DNA of 63,995 nt, filler included, from Acidimicrobiia bacterium (GTDB lineage: Bacteria > Actinomycetota > Acidimicrobiia > Spongiisociales > JAENVV01): the NCBI GenBank assembly GCA_041577335.1. It is 3 parts of 3 records of this genome, joined end to end, with 100 filler letters (N's around TTAATTAATTAA, not from the genome) between each part and the next. Parts side by side here need not be neighbours in the genome. Positions count along the whole stretch, not along the records: positions 24,719 to 49,145 come from JBFGJH010000050.1; 2 more parts are not named here. The stretch is one strand, 5' to 3'. Position numbers and translations under genes: made by a program. How positions within the stretch are numbered: the stretch's first letter is position 1; every line of letters starts with the position of its first letter. The notes beneath the pieces were generated by a model. It ran no database searches, was not told the origin of the DNA, and saw nothing but the letters and a program-made list of their open reading frames with translations. This document shows positions 30,395 through 40,296 of the stretch, piece after piece.

Positions 30395-31258
30395 ATGCGT
30401 CGTCGAGCCCTTCTGGCCATTGCGGCCTCCGCCATGGGTTGGGGAATGGCCGCCGTAGGTACCCGCGCTCTCTTCATCCAGGGGACGACGACGTTCACGG
30501 TCATTGTGCTTCGCACCGCCGTTGCGGCATTGGCGGTGGTCGCGTTTCTCGTCGTCGTCCGCAGACCCATCAGCGCCCAATCGTGGCGACGCGGCCTGCT
30601 CATCGGTGCTCCTCGCATTGGAGTGGCTCCGATCTTCTACATCGCCTCACTCAACTTTGTGTCCGCCGGATTCGAGGGCCTCATCATCACGCTCAACCCG
30701 GCAATCACGGGTGTCATGGCGTGGGTGTTCCTGAAGGAACGGATCTCGAAGCGGATGGCGGCCGGCCTGACAATCGCTCTGGCCGGCGCCGCCATCTTGG
30801 TCACGTCCGGGGAGTCCGGAATCCCCGATGGAGGCAACGTCGCAATTGGCACCCTGCTGGCACTGGGTGGGGTTCTGGTGGGATCGGGAACCAGCGTCCT
30901 GTCGCGCAGATTCGCGCCGGAGCACCGGACTGGCGACTTGGCAGGACCGATGTTCGTGGGCGGCATAGCCACCGTGACGGCGGCCTCGTTCTTCTTCGGC
31001 GGAGTGGAGCCGTCCACCGTCACTGGCGAGGGCTGGCCCATCCTCATCGCACTCGGACTGTTCAGCACGCTGCTGCCATTCGTGGGAACGCTGTTCGCGT
31101 CCAAATACGTGCCGGCCGCCACCGTCGCCCTCGTCGCCTACGTCGCCCCGTTGATCGCGGTGGTCGGTGGCGTGGTCCTCCTCGGCGAGATCGTCACTCC
31201 CCCACTGATCATCGGCGGCGCCCTGACCATCACCGGAGTGATAATCGCAAGCCGCTAA
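30395..31258 (+). CDS. DMT/EamA family transporter
   Basis: About 10 TM helices in duplicated EamA halves (FLKER, LLGE). Confidence 0.88.
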   Translation: MRRRALLAIAASAMGWGMAAVGTRALFIQGTTTFTVIVLRTAVAALAVVAFLVVVRRPISAQSWRRGLLIGAPRIGVAPIFYIASLNFVSAGFEGLIITLNPAITGVMAWVFLKERISKRMAAGLTIALAGAAILVTSGESGIPDGGNVAIGTLLALGGVLVGSGTSVLSRRFAPEHRTGDLAGPMFVGGIATVTAASFFFGGVEPSTVTGEGWPILIALGLFSTLLPFVGTLFASKYVPAATVALVAYVAPLIAVVGGVVLLGEIVTPPLIIGGALTITGVIIASR

Positions 31259-31296
31259 CCGAGATCCGCCCCCACTGCCTTTTGAGACGAGGGAGT

Positions 31297-31568
31297 TCGA
31301 GGGGGAAGGCTCCCTATTCGATCAAAACGCAAGGGGGGAGTTTGAGGGGGGAGGCTCCGCCTCCGTGCAGTTGCTACGCAACTGCAATCGAGAACGCTCC
31401 GCGTTCTCGCCCCGCTGAGGTTGATTGAGGGGGCGGCTACGCCGCCCCCTCAAAAAAGGGTGGGTCGCCGCATGGCGACACCTCCAGAAACTCAATGGCA
31501 GTTTGCTCCGCAAACTGCGACGGGTTTGCACGAGTGCAAACCCGCCGAATCCTGATTCGATCGAAACC
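31297..31568. repeat. Cluster of repeat modules (C, A at 31365-31408, C, A-variant, CCTG-loop hairpin)
   Basis: Same hairpin modules as elsewhere, here between convergent genes. Confidence 0.75.
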
Positions 31569-31569
31569 C

Positions 31570-34500
31570 TTAGCCGAGCGCCCGATGCAGGAACGCTGCC
31601 ATGTGGCCCCGAGTGACCGGACCGGTCGGACCAAACGTGGTGGCCGAGGTTCCCTCGGTGATACCACGTGAGTACAGCCACTCGATATCGGCCTCAAAGA
31701 CCGAACCGTCGTCGTCGGCAAAATCGACCGCGGAGCGAACCTCTGGCAGATTCGGCAACGCACGATGCAGGAACGCCGCCATCTGCCCCCGGGTCACCGT
31801 GGCACCGGGGCTGAACGTGGTCGCCGAAGTGCCATCGGTGATACCACGTGAGTACAGCCACTCGATATCGGCCTCAAAGACCGAACCGTCGTCGTCGGCA
31901 AAATCGACCGCGGGGCGAACCTCCGGCAGATTCGGCAACGCACGGTGCAAGAAGGCCGCCATCTGGCCCCGGGTCACTGATCCGTTCGGGCAGAACAGAT
32001 CATTGATGGGAGGGTTGCACCCAAGGGTGATCCCCGAGTTCGCCAACCAGTCAATGTCAGCTTCGAAGAGGCTGGCATCGTCATCGATGAAGACGTTCGA
32101 CACGAATGCCTTCACGACGCTGACGGTACATTCGACCGTCACTGCCGCGTTGAGGTTGGCATCGGTGACGTCGTACGTCACCGTGTAGCTGCCAACCTTC
32201 GACGTATCCACCGCTGTGGCGTCGATCACGATGCCGCTCGAACCGAGATCGTAATTGTCGGTCGCCGTCGCACCCAGCTCGACGTAGGCCGAGCCGAGTT
32301 CGATGACCTGCGGGTTGTCACCCGTCAGGCTGATCACCGGGGCCGTCGTGTCGACCACGTTGACCGTCCGTGTCACCGTCGTGGCGGGATTGCCGTGGAG
32401 GTCCGACACGTCGTACTCGATCACATAGACACCGACGAGATCCGTGTTGACGGGATTGGTTGCAACGATCGAGCTGGTCAGATCACCATCGACCAGATCG
32501 ACTGCCGTTGCACCTGCATCGACGTACGCGGACCCGACCTCGACGGTGACCGTGTCGGCCCCGATCAGGGTCACGAGCGGCGCGGTCGTGTCCACGACGT
32601 TGACCGTGCGGGTAACCTCAACAGCCGCATTCAGGCTGGTGTCGGTCACGTTGTACGTGACGGTGTACACGCCGATGACATCAGGATCGACTGGGTCGTC
32701 GGTGACGATTGCTCCGGTGAGATCACCGTCTCCAATGTCAGAGGCGGTCGCTCCCGCATCGGCGTATCCAGAACCAACCTCGATCGTCATCGGGTTCGCG
32801 CCGATCAGGGTGATCACCGGGGCAGTGGTATCGACCACGTCGACGGTGCGCGTCACCTGGGCAGCTGCGTTGCCGGTGGCGTCGGTGGCGTCGTAGGTGA
32901 CCGTGTACTCGCCGACCACGTCGGTATCGACGTCGGTGGCATCGATCACAGCACTGAGGCCGGTGTCATAGTTGTCGGAAACGTCTGCCCCGAGCTCGGA
33001 GTAGGTGTCGCCCACCTCGATGACCTGTGGGTTGTGACCAACCAAGCTGATCACCGGGGCCGTCGTGTCGACCACGTGGACCGTGCGAGACACCTGGGCA
33101 GCCGCGTTGCCGCTCGTGTCGGTGACGTCATACGTGACCGTGTACGAATCGACCGTGTCGGTGTCCACGTCCGACGCATCGGCCGTGGCGACAAGCCCAT
33201 TGCTGTAGTTGTCGGACACAGTGGATCCGAGCTCGGTGTATGCAGTGCCGACCTCGATGATCTGGGGATTGTCGCCCAGCAACGAGATCACCGGCGGGGT
33301 CGTGTCGACCACCCGGACGGTTCGGGTCACCTGGGTGGCCACGTTGCCGTTGGCGTCGGTCACGTTGTACGTGACCGCGTATGTGCCGGTCACCTCGGTA
33401 TAGACGGCGGTGGCGTCGATGACGGCGCTGAGGCCCGTGTCGTAATTGTCAGACACCGATGCGCCCGCCTCGACATAGGTGCCCCAAACTTCGATGATCT
33501 GCGGGTTGTCACCAGACAGTGTGATCACCGGGGCCGTGGTATCCACCACGCTCACGGTCCGCGTCACCTGCGCGGCCGCGTTGCCATTGGCGTCGGTGAC
33601 GTCGTAGGTGACCGTGTATTCGCCGACCACGTCGACATCGACATCGGAGGCGTCGATGACGGCACTGAGGCCGGCGTCGTAGTTGTCGGATACGTTTGCA
33701 CCCAGCTCGGCGTAGGCCTCATGGACCTCGATGACCTGCGGGTTGTCACCAACCAAGGTAATCACCGGGACGGTGGTGTCCACCACGTTGACGGTCCGCG
33801 TCACCTGGGTGGCGGCGTTGCCGTCCGAGTCGGTCACGTTGTAAGTCACCGTGTAGACAGCAACCACGTCGGGGTCCACCGGATTCACCGTGACGATAAA
33901 GGTGGTCAGAGGACCGTCAGCCACGTCATTGGCGACTGCGCCCTCATCGGCGTATGCGGAGCCAACCTCGATGATGACCTCTGCATCGCCATTCAAGGTG
34001 ATGACCGGAAAACCGTTGTCGATCACGTTGACTGTGCGGGCAACCTGGTCGGCGGCGTTGCCACTGGAGTCGGTCGCGTCGTACAGGACCGTGTAGGAGC
34101 CCACGACGGAGGTATCCACAGCCGAGCTGTCGATGACCGCCGCCAGGTCCGTGTCGTAGTTGTCGGATACCAACGCACCGAGTTCGGTGTAGGGCTGGAA
34201 CACGCCGATGGTCTGGGTGCCGTCCGGGGTACCACCGATCAGGGTGATGACCGGCGACTCGGTGTCCACCACGTCGACGGTGCGCGTCACCTGGGTGGCG
34301 GCATTGTCACTGGAGTCGCTGACGTCATACGTGATCGTGTATTCACCTACCACTCCGGTATCCAGCGCGGAATCGTCGATAACGACGGTCAGAGATGTGT
34401 CGTAGTTGTCGGTCGCCGTGGCGCCCGATTCGGTGTATGTGCCATGAACCTCGACGGTCACGACAGGATCGCCGGTCAAGGTGATCACGGGTGCTTCTGT

Positions 34501-36309
34501 GTCCACCACGTTGACGGTCCGTGTCACCTGGAGGGCGGCGTTGCCACCGGAGTCGGTGGCGTCGTAAGTGACCGAGTAGGAACCGACCGTGGCGGTGTCG
34601 ACGGCGGAAGCGTCGGCGGTGGCGGTGAGGCCATCGTCGTAGTTGTCCGACACCGTGGCGCCGAGCTCGGAGTAGGCGTCGCCCACCTCGATGACCTGCG
34701 GATCATCACCTACCAGGGTGATGACCGGCGCTTCGGTGTCCACCACGTTGACAGTTCGGGTGACGGTGGCGGCCATATTGCCCTGCGCATCGGTGACGGA
34801 ATAGAACACCGAATACGAGCCAACCATTGTCGTATCAACCCCGGATGCATCAGCAACGACCGTCAAACCAGTGTCATGGTTGTCGGTCGCCGTCGCTCCC
34901 AATTCTTCGTATGCGTCGTCGACTTGGATGGTCTGGGGATCATCTCCGGTCAACGTGATCACGGGGCGGGTGGTGTCGACCACCCGGACGGTGCGGAGCA
35001 ACTGAGTGGCGGCGTTGCCGCTCGAGTCGGTGGCGTCGTAGGTGACGATGTAGGTGCCGAGCATGGAGGTGTCGACCTCGGACGAATCGATCACGGCCAC
35101 CAGATCGGTGTCGTAATTGTCCGAAACAGTCGCACCTCGCTCCGTGTAGGGGGCGGGGAATTCAATGATTTGGGTCCCACCGATGAGGGTGATGATTGGA
35201 CTGGTCGTGTCGACCACGTTGACCGTGCGGAGCAGCTGAGTGGCGGCGTTGCCGCTCGAGTCGCTGACGTCGAACCGTACGTCGTAGGAACCAACGACCG
35301 AGGTATCCACGTCGCTCGCATCGATAGTCACTGCAAGGCCCGAGTCGTAGTTGTCGACCGCCGAAGCACCGGGATCGGTGTAGGTCGAACCGAGCCCGAC
35401 GGTGACGGTACCGCCCACCAAGCTGATTACTGGAGCTTCGGTGTCGACCACTTCGACAATCCGAATCACTTGGTCGGCTACGTTGCCACTCGAATCGGTG
35501 GCGTCATACGTGACCGAATACTCGCCGAGCAGGGAGGTGTTCACTGCGCCGGCGTCGATCTCAGCGGTCAGATCCGTATCGACGTTGTCGGACACCGTGG
35601 CACCCGATTCGGTGTAAGCGGAGAAGACCTCGACGGTTTGGGGATTGGCACCGGTCAAGGTAATCACTGGGGCTTCTGTATCTACGGTCGCGCTCAGCGA
35701 GATGTTGTCGACCTGTAGGTTCCCGGGCCCCGTGAAGCACTCCGGAATCGTGGTGAAGAACTTGACGCGAATGGTGGAGTCGACATAGGCACTCATATCA
35801 ATCACGGAGCTCACCGGTCCCGCGCTGCCGATGAAACCTGAAGCAGCCGTGTAGATGTTGGTCGACATCAGCGAGGCCCCACCGCCACCCGGTTCCACTA
35901 CGACATCGAACGTCCTATCCATCGAACCAGAGTTCCTAACGGACGGGACCTCCCAGTCGAATGTCAGGGTCGCCGAGAGGGCCGCAGGGATGGCCACGTC
36001 CTGCCAAAACTCGATCGTGTCGGGACCGCATCCATCAAAACCCTGACCGACCGCGTAGAGCCCATCGGTGGGCACGACGTCCGGTGCAGCGAGCACTGCC
36101 AGCGGCCGACAGCACGGGTCCGCTGCGTCTTTCGTTCCCCAGCCGGTGAAGTCGCCGATTTCGAAGCTGCCGTTGACCAGCAACTCGGTTGACGGAACGA
36201 CGGCGGCGGAGGCGGGCTCCGCCACGAGACCGGTAGTGGGGACCAAGAGTCCGAGCAGGATGGCGAGTGCGACGAGGGCGGCTCGGGGCCGCGTGACGTG
36301 GGAAGACAA
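31570..36309 (-). CDS. Large surface protein: signal peptide, N-terminal beta domain, 15 Ig-like (DUF5011/HYR-like) repeats, 3 SLH domains
   Basis: 15 DTxAPVIxLxG...A.Q.VTRTVNVV repeats; three F.DDD.S.FEADI.WL...TRG.MAAFLHRAL SLH units. Confidence 0.9.
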   Translation of the reverse strand: MSSHVTRPRAALVALAILLGLLVPTTGLVAEPASAAVVPSTELLVNGSFEIGDFTGWGTKDAADPCCRPLAVLAAPDVVPTDGLYAVGQGFDGCGPDTIEFWQDVAIPAALSATLTFDWEVPSVRNSGSMDRTFDVVVEPGGGGASLMSTNIYTAASGFIGSAGPVSSVIDMSAYVDSTIRVKFFTTIPECFTGPGNLQVDNISLSATVDTEAPVITLTGANPQTVEVFSAYTESGATVSDNVDTDLTAEIDAGAVNTSLLGEYSVTYDATDSSGNVADQVIRIVEVVDTEAPVISLVGGTVTVGLGSTYTDPGASAVDNYDSGLAVTIDASDVDTSVVGSYDVRFDVSDSSGNAATQLLRTVNVVDTTSPIITLIGGTQIIEFPAPYTERGATVSDNYDTDLVAVIDSSEVDTSMLGTYIVTYDATDSSGNAATQLLRTVRVVDTTRPVITLTGDDPQTIQVDDAYEELGATATDNHDTGLTVVADASGVDTTMVGSYSVFYSVTDAQGNMAATVTRTVNVVDTEAPVITLVGDDPQVIEVGDAYSELGATVSDNYDDGLTATADASAVDTATVGSYSVTYDATDSGGNAALQVTRTVNVVDTEAPVITLTGDPVVTVEVHGTYTESGATATDNYDTSLTVVIDDSALDTGVVGEYTITYDVSDSSDNAATQVTRTVDVVDTESPVITLIGGTPDGTQTIGVFQPYTELGALVSDNYDTDLAAVIDSSAVDTSVVGSYTVLYDATDSSGNAADQVARTVNVIDNGFPVITLNGDAEVIIEVGSAYADEGAVANDVADGPLTTFIVTVNPVDPDVVAVYTVTYNVTDSDGNAATQVTRTVNVVDTTVPVITLVGDNPQVIEVHEAYAELGANVSDNYDAGLSAVIDASDVDVDVVGEYTVTYDVTDANGNAAAQVTRTVSVVDTTAPVITLSGDNPQIIEVWGTYVEAGASVSDNYDTGLSAVIDATAVYTEVTGTYAVTYNVTDANGNVATQVTRTVRVVDTTPPVISLLGDNPQIIEVGTAYTELGSTVSDNYSNGLVATADASDVDTDTVDSYTVTYDVTDTSGNAAAQVSRTVHVVDTTAPVISLVGHNPQVIEVGDTYSELGADVSDNYDTGLSAVIDATDVDTDVVGEYTVTYDATDATGNAAAQVTRTVDVVDTTAPVITLIGANPMTIEVGSGYADAGATASDIGDGDLTGAIVTDDPVDPDVIGVYTVTYNVTDTSLNAAVEVTRTVNVVDTTAPLVTLIGADTVTVEVGSAYVDAGATAVDLVDGDLTSSIVATNPVNTDLVGVYVIEYDVSDLHGNPATTVTRTVNVVDTTAPVISLTGDNPQVIELGSAYVELGATATDNYDLGSSGIVIDATAVDTSKVGSYTVTYDVTDANLNAAVTVECTVSVVKAFVSNVFIDDDASLFEADIDWLANSGITLGCNPPINDLFCPNGSVTRGQMAAFLHRALPNLPEVRPAVDFADDDGSVFEADIEWLYSRGITDGTSATTFSPGATVTRGQMAAFLHRALPNLPEVRSAVDFADDDGSVFEADIEWLYSRGITEGTSATTFGPTGPVTRGHMAAFLHRALG

Positions 36310-36588
36310 GGTGGGAGGTCCTTCGGTTGGCTATCAGCCCGGGGACAAGTCGCCAACGAAGGCGCTACCACGGAGAAGCCCGGCTTCCTCTCAGCGGCCG
36401 GCAGCACCAGGGTCAAACCCAAGTGCCGCCAGGAAGCGTTATCGGAACCTGAGCCACCACCTTGAGCGGTTGCATTTCGCACGAACGGTGTTGGGGGCGT
36501 CCAGGACAATGGTGGCTTCAGCCACCACGTCGTTGCCCCGCAACCGCAGCTGGGATCGAGACCCCTGCTCGTTCTGGACCTCAATATG

Positions 36589-36705
36589 GAGGCACGGCGG
36601 CGTGTACGGCGTGCCGACAAGATGAGGGCGGCCGAAGGGCCGCTCGCCCAGATCGAAGCCCCGCCGAAGGCGGGGCGCAGCCCGATCGGATCCTGATCCG
36701 ATCGG
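36589..36705. repeat. Family B four-hairpin intergenic repeat
   Basis: Complete copy abutting the stop codon at 36707. Confidence 0.85.
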
Positions 36706-36706
36706 C

Positions 36707-37255
36707 TCAGTCCTTGGGCGGGGTGTCCCAGTCCTGGACGTCCTGGCCCGATTCGCGAGCCAAGATATCGAGCGCAGCCTTGGCTCCGTCGCCCGCCGAA
36801 ATGATCGCCTGGCTACGAGTCGGCCGGACGCTCCTACCGACAACGTAGACCCGCGGGTGAAGGGTGCGGTTCTGAGCGTCAACCTGGACGGCCCCGTCCT
36901 CATCGACCAGACCCTGGCCGGCAGCCAAGTCGGGCTTGTTGCCTTCCGAGAGGATCAGGTAGTCGGCTGCGTGAGTTCCCGAATCCACTGTGATCGACAC
37001 GCCGCTTTCAACAGCACCAACCGCCGAGACGGCCTCATCGTGGATCTCAGCTCCCCATTGGGTGACTTGCTTCCGGGCTTTCACCTGGAAGTCTTTGCCG
37101 AGCGTGTCTTCGAGACCGAGGTAGTTGCGCAGGAGAGCGAAGTTCATCGCTGTCTTGTCCTGTCCGTACACAGTGACGCGGTGACCATTCTTCGCAAGAA
37201 AGAGGGCTGAGCTCAGACCTCCTGGACCATCTCCGACGATCACGATGTGCGCCAT
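36707..37255 (-). CDS. FAD-dependent oxidoreductase (short thioredoxin-reductase-like)
   Basis: IVGDGPGGLS, NYLG, QAIISAGDGA; RBS GAGGAGG. Confidence 0.8.
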   Translation of the reverse strand: MAHIVIVGDGPGGLSSALFLAKNGHRVTVYGQDKTAMNFALLRNYLGLEDTLGKDFQVKARKQVTQWGAEIHDEAVSAVGAVESGVSITVDSGTHAADYLILSEGNKPDLAAGQGLVDEDGAVQVDAQNRTLHPRVYVVGRSVRPTRSQAIISAGDGAKAALDILARESGQDVQDWDTPPKD

Positions 37256-37382
37256 GCGTTTCCTCCTCGAGCGGCGTCCGGCCGCATTGATGTGCTGACG
37301 TTGAACCATCCGGAGCCAGTCGCGACTGCGGTTCTATTGGTCAGATCCGCAGCGCAACCTCCGCGTCCTCGCCATCAACATT

Positions 37383-37508
37383 GAGGCACGGCGGCGTGTA
37401 CGGCGCGCCGACAGAACGAGGGCGGCCGAGGGGCCGCTCCGACCAGATCGGAGCCACGCCGAAGGTCGGGGCGCAGTTCGATAGAGAACCGCTGCTTCGA
37501 TCGAAACC
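37383..37508. repeat. Family B intergenic repeat (last hairpin degenerate)
   Basis: Abuts the stop at 37511. Confidence 0.8.
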
Positions 37509-37510
37509 GC

Positions 37511-38467
37511 CTAAGACCGAGCAGCCCGCAGGACTTCGTCGATTGGGGTGTCAGCCAGGTCGCCTAGCTCTTGGACGTACTCGTAGCCGAACCGGCCCTT
37601 GATGCAGAGGTTGCCGCTGGTCACCGAGTGATCGAGCGGTGAGGTGACCTTGACGATACGGTTGTCCTGTACATGCAGATCGAGGTTGCAGCCCACTCCG
37701 CAGTATGAGCAGACGGTACGAGTGACCGCTTGCTCGTCCTCATGCCACAGGTCGGCCTGGCGCAATTCGTATTCCGAGCGGAACATGAGCGCGCCGGTCG
37801 GGCACACCCCGATGCAATTGCCGCAGAACACGCACGCCGAGTCGGTGAGGCCGACGTCGAACTCAGTTGAGATACGCGCGTCAAACCCCCGGCCTGCCAC
37901 GGCAATTGCGAAGGTGTTCTGGGCGTCGGTTCCGCACGCCTCCACGCATTTGTAACAGAGGATGCACTTGCTGTAGTCACGCATGTAGAGGTCGTTGTCG
38001 ACCTTGGCGGGTTGTTCGACGGTCTCGGCCATGGAGCCGTCGGTGACAGGGTGGTGATGTCCAGCTCGTCGACTGTCGCGATCATTGGTGGGCATAGCAA
38101 TTGGGCCATAGCGTTCGGTGTCCACCGCGTAGCGCTCTGTCCAGCGGCTCAAGTCATCGTCGGCGGTGGACAGGTCAACGGAACCCGCCAGGAATTCGAG
38201 CACCATCTTGCGAGAGTGGCGGACACGCTCCGAATCCGTCTGGACCACCATGCCGTCCTCGGCCACCCGCGAGCAAGACGGCACCAGGGTTCGCGATCCC
38301 TCCACCTCGACGACGCACACTCGGCAGGCGTTGACGGGGGTCAGGCTCTCGAGATAACAAAGCGTCGGGGTATCGACGCCTTCGCGGTTGCAGGCATCGA
38401 GGATGGTCGACCCGGCCGGTATGACCGTGGGGATTCCATCGATCGTGATTGTCACCGCCTCGCTCAT
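37511..38467 (-). CDS. Formate dehydrogenase Fe-S subunit (2Fe-2S, two 4Fe-4S, plus the Molybdop Fe4S4 motif)
   Basis: PTLC...CRVC...C; CILCYKC; CVFCGNC..VCP; C-terminal CSYCGVGC...LCIKG. Confidence 0.9.
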   Translation of the reverse strand: MSEAVTITIDGIPTVIPAGSTILDACNREGVDTPTLCYLESLTPVNACRVCVVEVEGSRTLVPSCSRVAEDGMVVQTDSERVRHSRKMVLEFLAGSVDLSTADDDLSRWTERYAVDTERYGPIAMPTNDRDSRRAGHHHPVTDGSMAETVEQPAKVDNDLYMRDYSKCILCYKCVEACGTDAQNTFAIAVAGRGFDARISTEFDVGLTDSACVFCGNCIGVCPTGALMFRSEYELRQADLWHEDEQAVTRTVCSYCGVGCNLDLHVQDNRIVKVTSPLDHSVTSGNLCIKGRFGYEYVQELGDLADTPIDEVLRAARS

Positions 38468-40293
38468 GCCGGTCCTCCGATCAGACCCTGATCGAGCAGC
38501 GATCGGACCGCCGTGGCGGCGGTGTGGCCGAGCCCGCAGATAGAGGCGTCCTTCATCGCCCGATCGATTTCTTCGATCAACGACGCATCAACAGCCTCGT
38601 GACCGTTGTTGAGATGGCGGGCCAACGCTTCTTCCACCCGGACCGTGCCAACGCGGCAGGGAACGCACTGGCCGCAGGACTCATCGCGGAAGAACTGGGC
38701 GATGCGCCTGCCGATGTCGGTCAAGTTGACGGTCTCGTTGAAGATCATGACGACGCCCGAACCAAGCGAGATCCCGGCGGACCGTGTGTCCTCGAAGGTC
38801 AGGGGAACATCGAAGTGCTCTTCGGTGATGAACGAGCCGGCCGCCCCGCCCAGCAAGACGGCTTGCACGTCGCCGATCGCGCCCCCGGCTGCGTCGATCA
38901 CTTGCCGGACGGTCACCCCGAACTCGTGCTCGTAGACACCCGGCTGCCCTACATGGCCGGAAAGACAGAACAAGCGAGTGCCGGTGGAATCCGGCGTCCC
39001 GCGGGATGCGAACGCCTCGCCGCCGTTGGTCACGATATCGACCACGTTCACCAGCGTTTCTACATTGTTGATCACGGTTGGCCTACCGAAGAGCCCGTGC
39101 GTGGTGGGAAAAGGTGGCTTCTGGCGAGGCTCACCCCGGTACCCCTCGATGGAGTTGAACAGCGCAGTCTCTTCACCGCAGATGTAGGCGCCTTGGCCCC
39201 TCCGTAGTCCGATATCGAGATGAAAGCCCGTGCCCAGGACGTTGCGGCCCAGCAGATTGGCTTCCTTGGCTTGGGTGATGGCCGTCGCCAGGCGAGCTGT
39301 GGCCACCGGGTACTCGCCGCGAACATAGATATACGCCTCATGGGCTCCGATGGCGAAGGCGGCGTAGGTCATCGCCTCGAGCAGAGCGTACGGATCGCTC
39401 TCCATCACCACTCGATCCTTGAAGGTGCCTGGTTCCGACTCGTCCGCATTGCATACGAGGTACTTGGGGCCGTCGGGTTGCGCCGCCACCCCCTCCCATT
39501 TGATGCCGGTCGGGAACGCGGCTCCTCCTCGCCCACGCAGGTTCGATCTCTTCACCTCGTCGACAACGAGACTCGGGTCGTCAGACAGCACCGATTCCAG
39601 GGTCGCGTAGCCGCCGTGTGCCAGGTAGTCCTCGAGACTCACCGGGTTCACCAGGCCAACCCGAGAAAGCACCCGCAGAGAGCCGCGATCGCCGGAGACC
39701 TGGGGCGTCGCGGGATCCGCAGGCGGGACCGGGTGCGACGCGATCGCCTTCAAGGTGCTCTGGGTGCTTGCGTTCGTGACCACAGAGTCCGAACGCCCGG
39801 CGTTCTGGAGGAACGCAGCCGGCGCCCGGTCACATTGGCCCAGACAGGGGGAGGTGAGCCACATGCGGTCGCCATTGGCAACGCCTTCGGGCCCGATCTC
39901 CGCTTCGAGGCCGGCTATCAAATCGGCGGAGCCGAAGTCACGGCACCCAACGTCGTCGCAGGCGTGGATCACAGTGCTCGGCCGTTCCTCGGTGCTGAGG
40001 AGGGCATAGAACGATGCCACGCCATATGCCTCGGCAGGAGGAACCCACAACCGCCGACAGACGTAGTTGAGGCCCCCTTCGGAGACCCAACCGATATCCG
40101 ACTGGAGGCGTGCCAGGGCAGGCAGGAGCATGTGTCGCTGCTCTCGCATCGACCGCCCACCCCTCACCATGCGCAGATCCGCGGCAGTGCGCAGCTGAGC
40201 GCCCTCCCAGGCCGACGATGGAGCACCCAGCAGTCCATCGACCGAGGCTCGCTCCGCGTCGGTTGGATCGGCGTCGAGAAACTTCAGATCCAC
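38464..40293 (-). CDS. Fused NuoE/NuoF-like (FdsG/FdsB-like) NADH-binding diaphorase subunit
   Basis: CLGQCDRAP; GRGGAAFPTG, NADESEPG, YICGEET, ESCGQCVPC, SICGLG. Confidence 0.92.
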   Translation of the reverse strand: MDLKFLDADPTDAERASVDGLLGAPSSAWEGAQLRTAADLRMVRGGRSMREQRHMLLPALARLQSDIGWVSEGGLNYVCRRLWVPPAEAYGVASFYALLSTEERPSTVIHACDDVGCRDFGSADLIAGLEAEIGPEGVANGDRMWLTSPCLGQCDRAPAAFLQNAGRSDSVVTNASTQSTLKAIASHPVPPADPATPQVSGDRGSLRVLSRVGLVNPVSLEDYLAHGGYATLESVLSDDPSLVVDEVKRSNLRGRGGAAFPTGIKWEGVAAQPDGPKYLVCNADESEPGTFKDRVVMESDPYALLEAMTYAAFAIGAHEAYIYVRGEYPVATARLATAITQAKEANLLGRNVLGTGFHLDIGLRRGQGAYICGEETALFNSIEGYRGEPRQKPPFPTTHGLFGRPTVINNVETLVNVVDIVTNGGEAFASRGTPDSTGTRLFCLSGHVGQPGVYEHEFGVTVRQVIDAAGGAIGDVQAVLLGGAAGSFITEEHFDVPLTFEDTRSAGISLGSGVVMIFNETVNLTDIGRRIAQFFRDESCGQCVPCRVGTVRVEEALARHLNNGHEAVDASLIEEIDRAMKDASICGLGHTAATAVRSLLDQGLIGGPA

Positions 40294-40296
40294 CGT

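Noticed and set aside
29479..31428. 649-aa plus-strand ORF spanning repeats and the EamA gene
   Set aside because: Low-complexity Arg-rich translation crossing the repeats and overlapping better-supported genes.
32395..35718. 1107-aa plus-strand ORF
   Set aside because: Antisense shadow of the repetitive surface protein; no recognisable motifs; expected in high-GC DNA.
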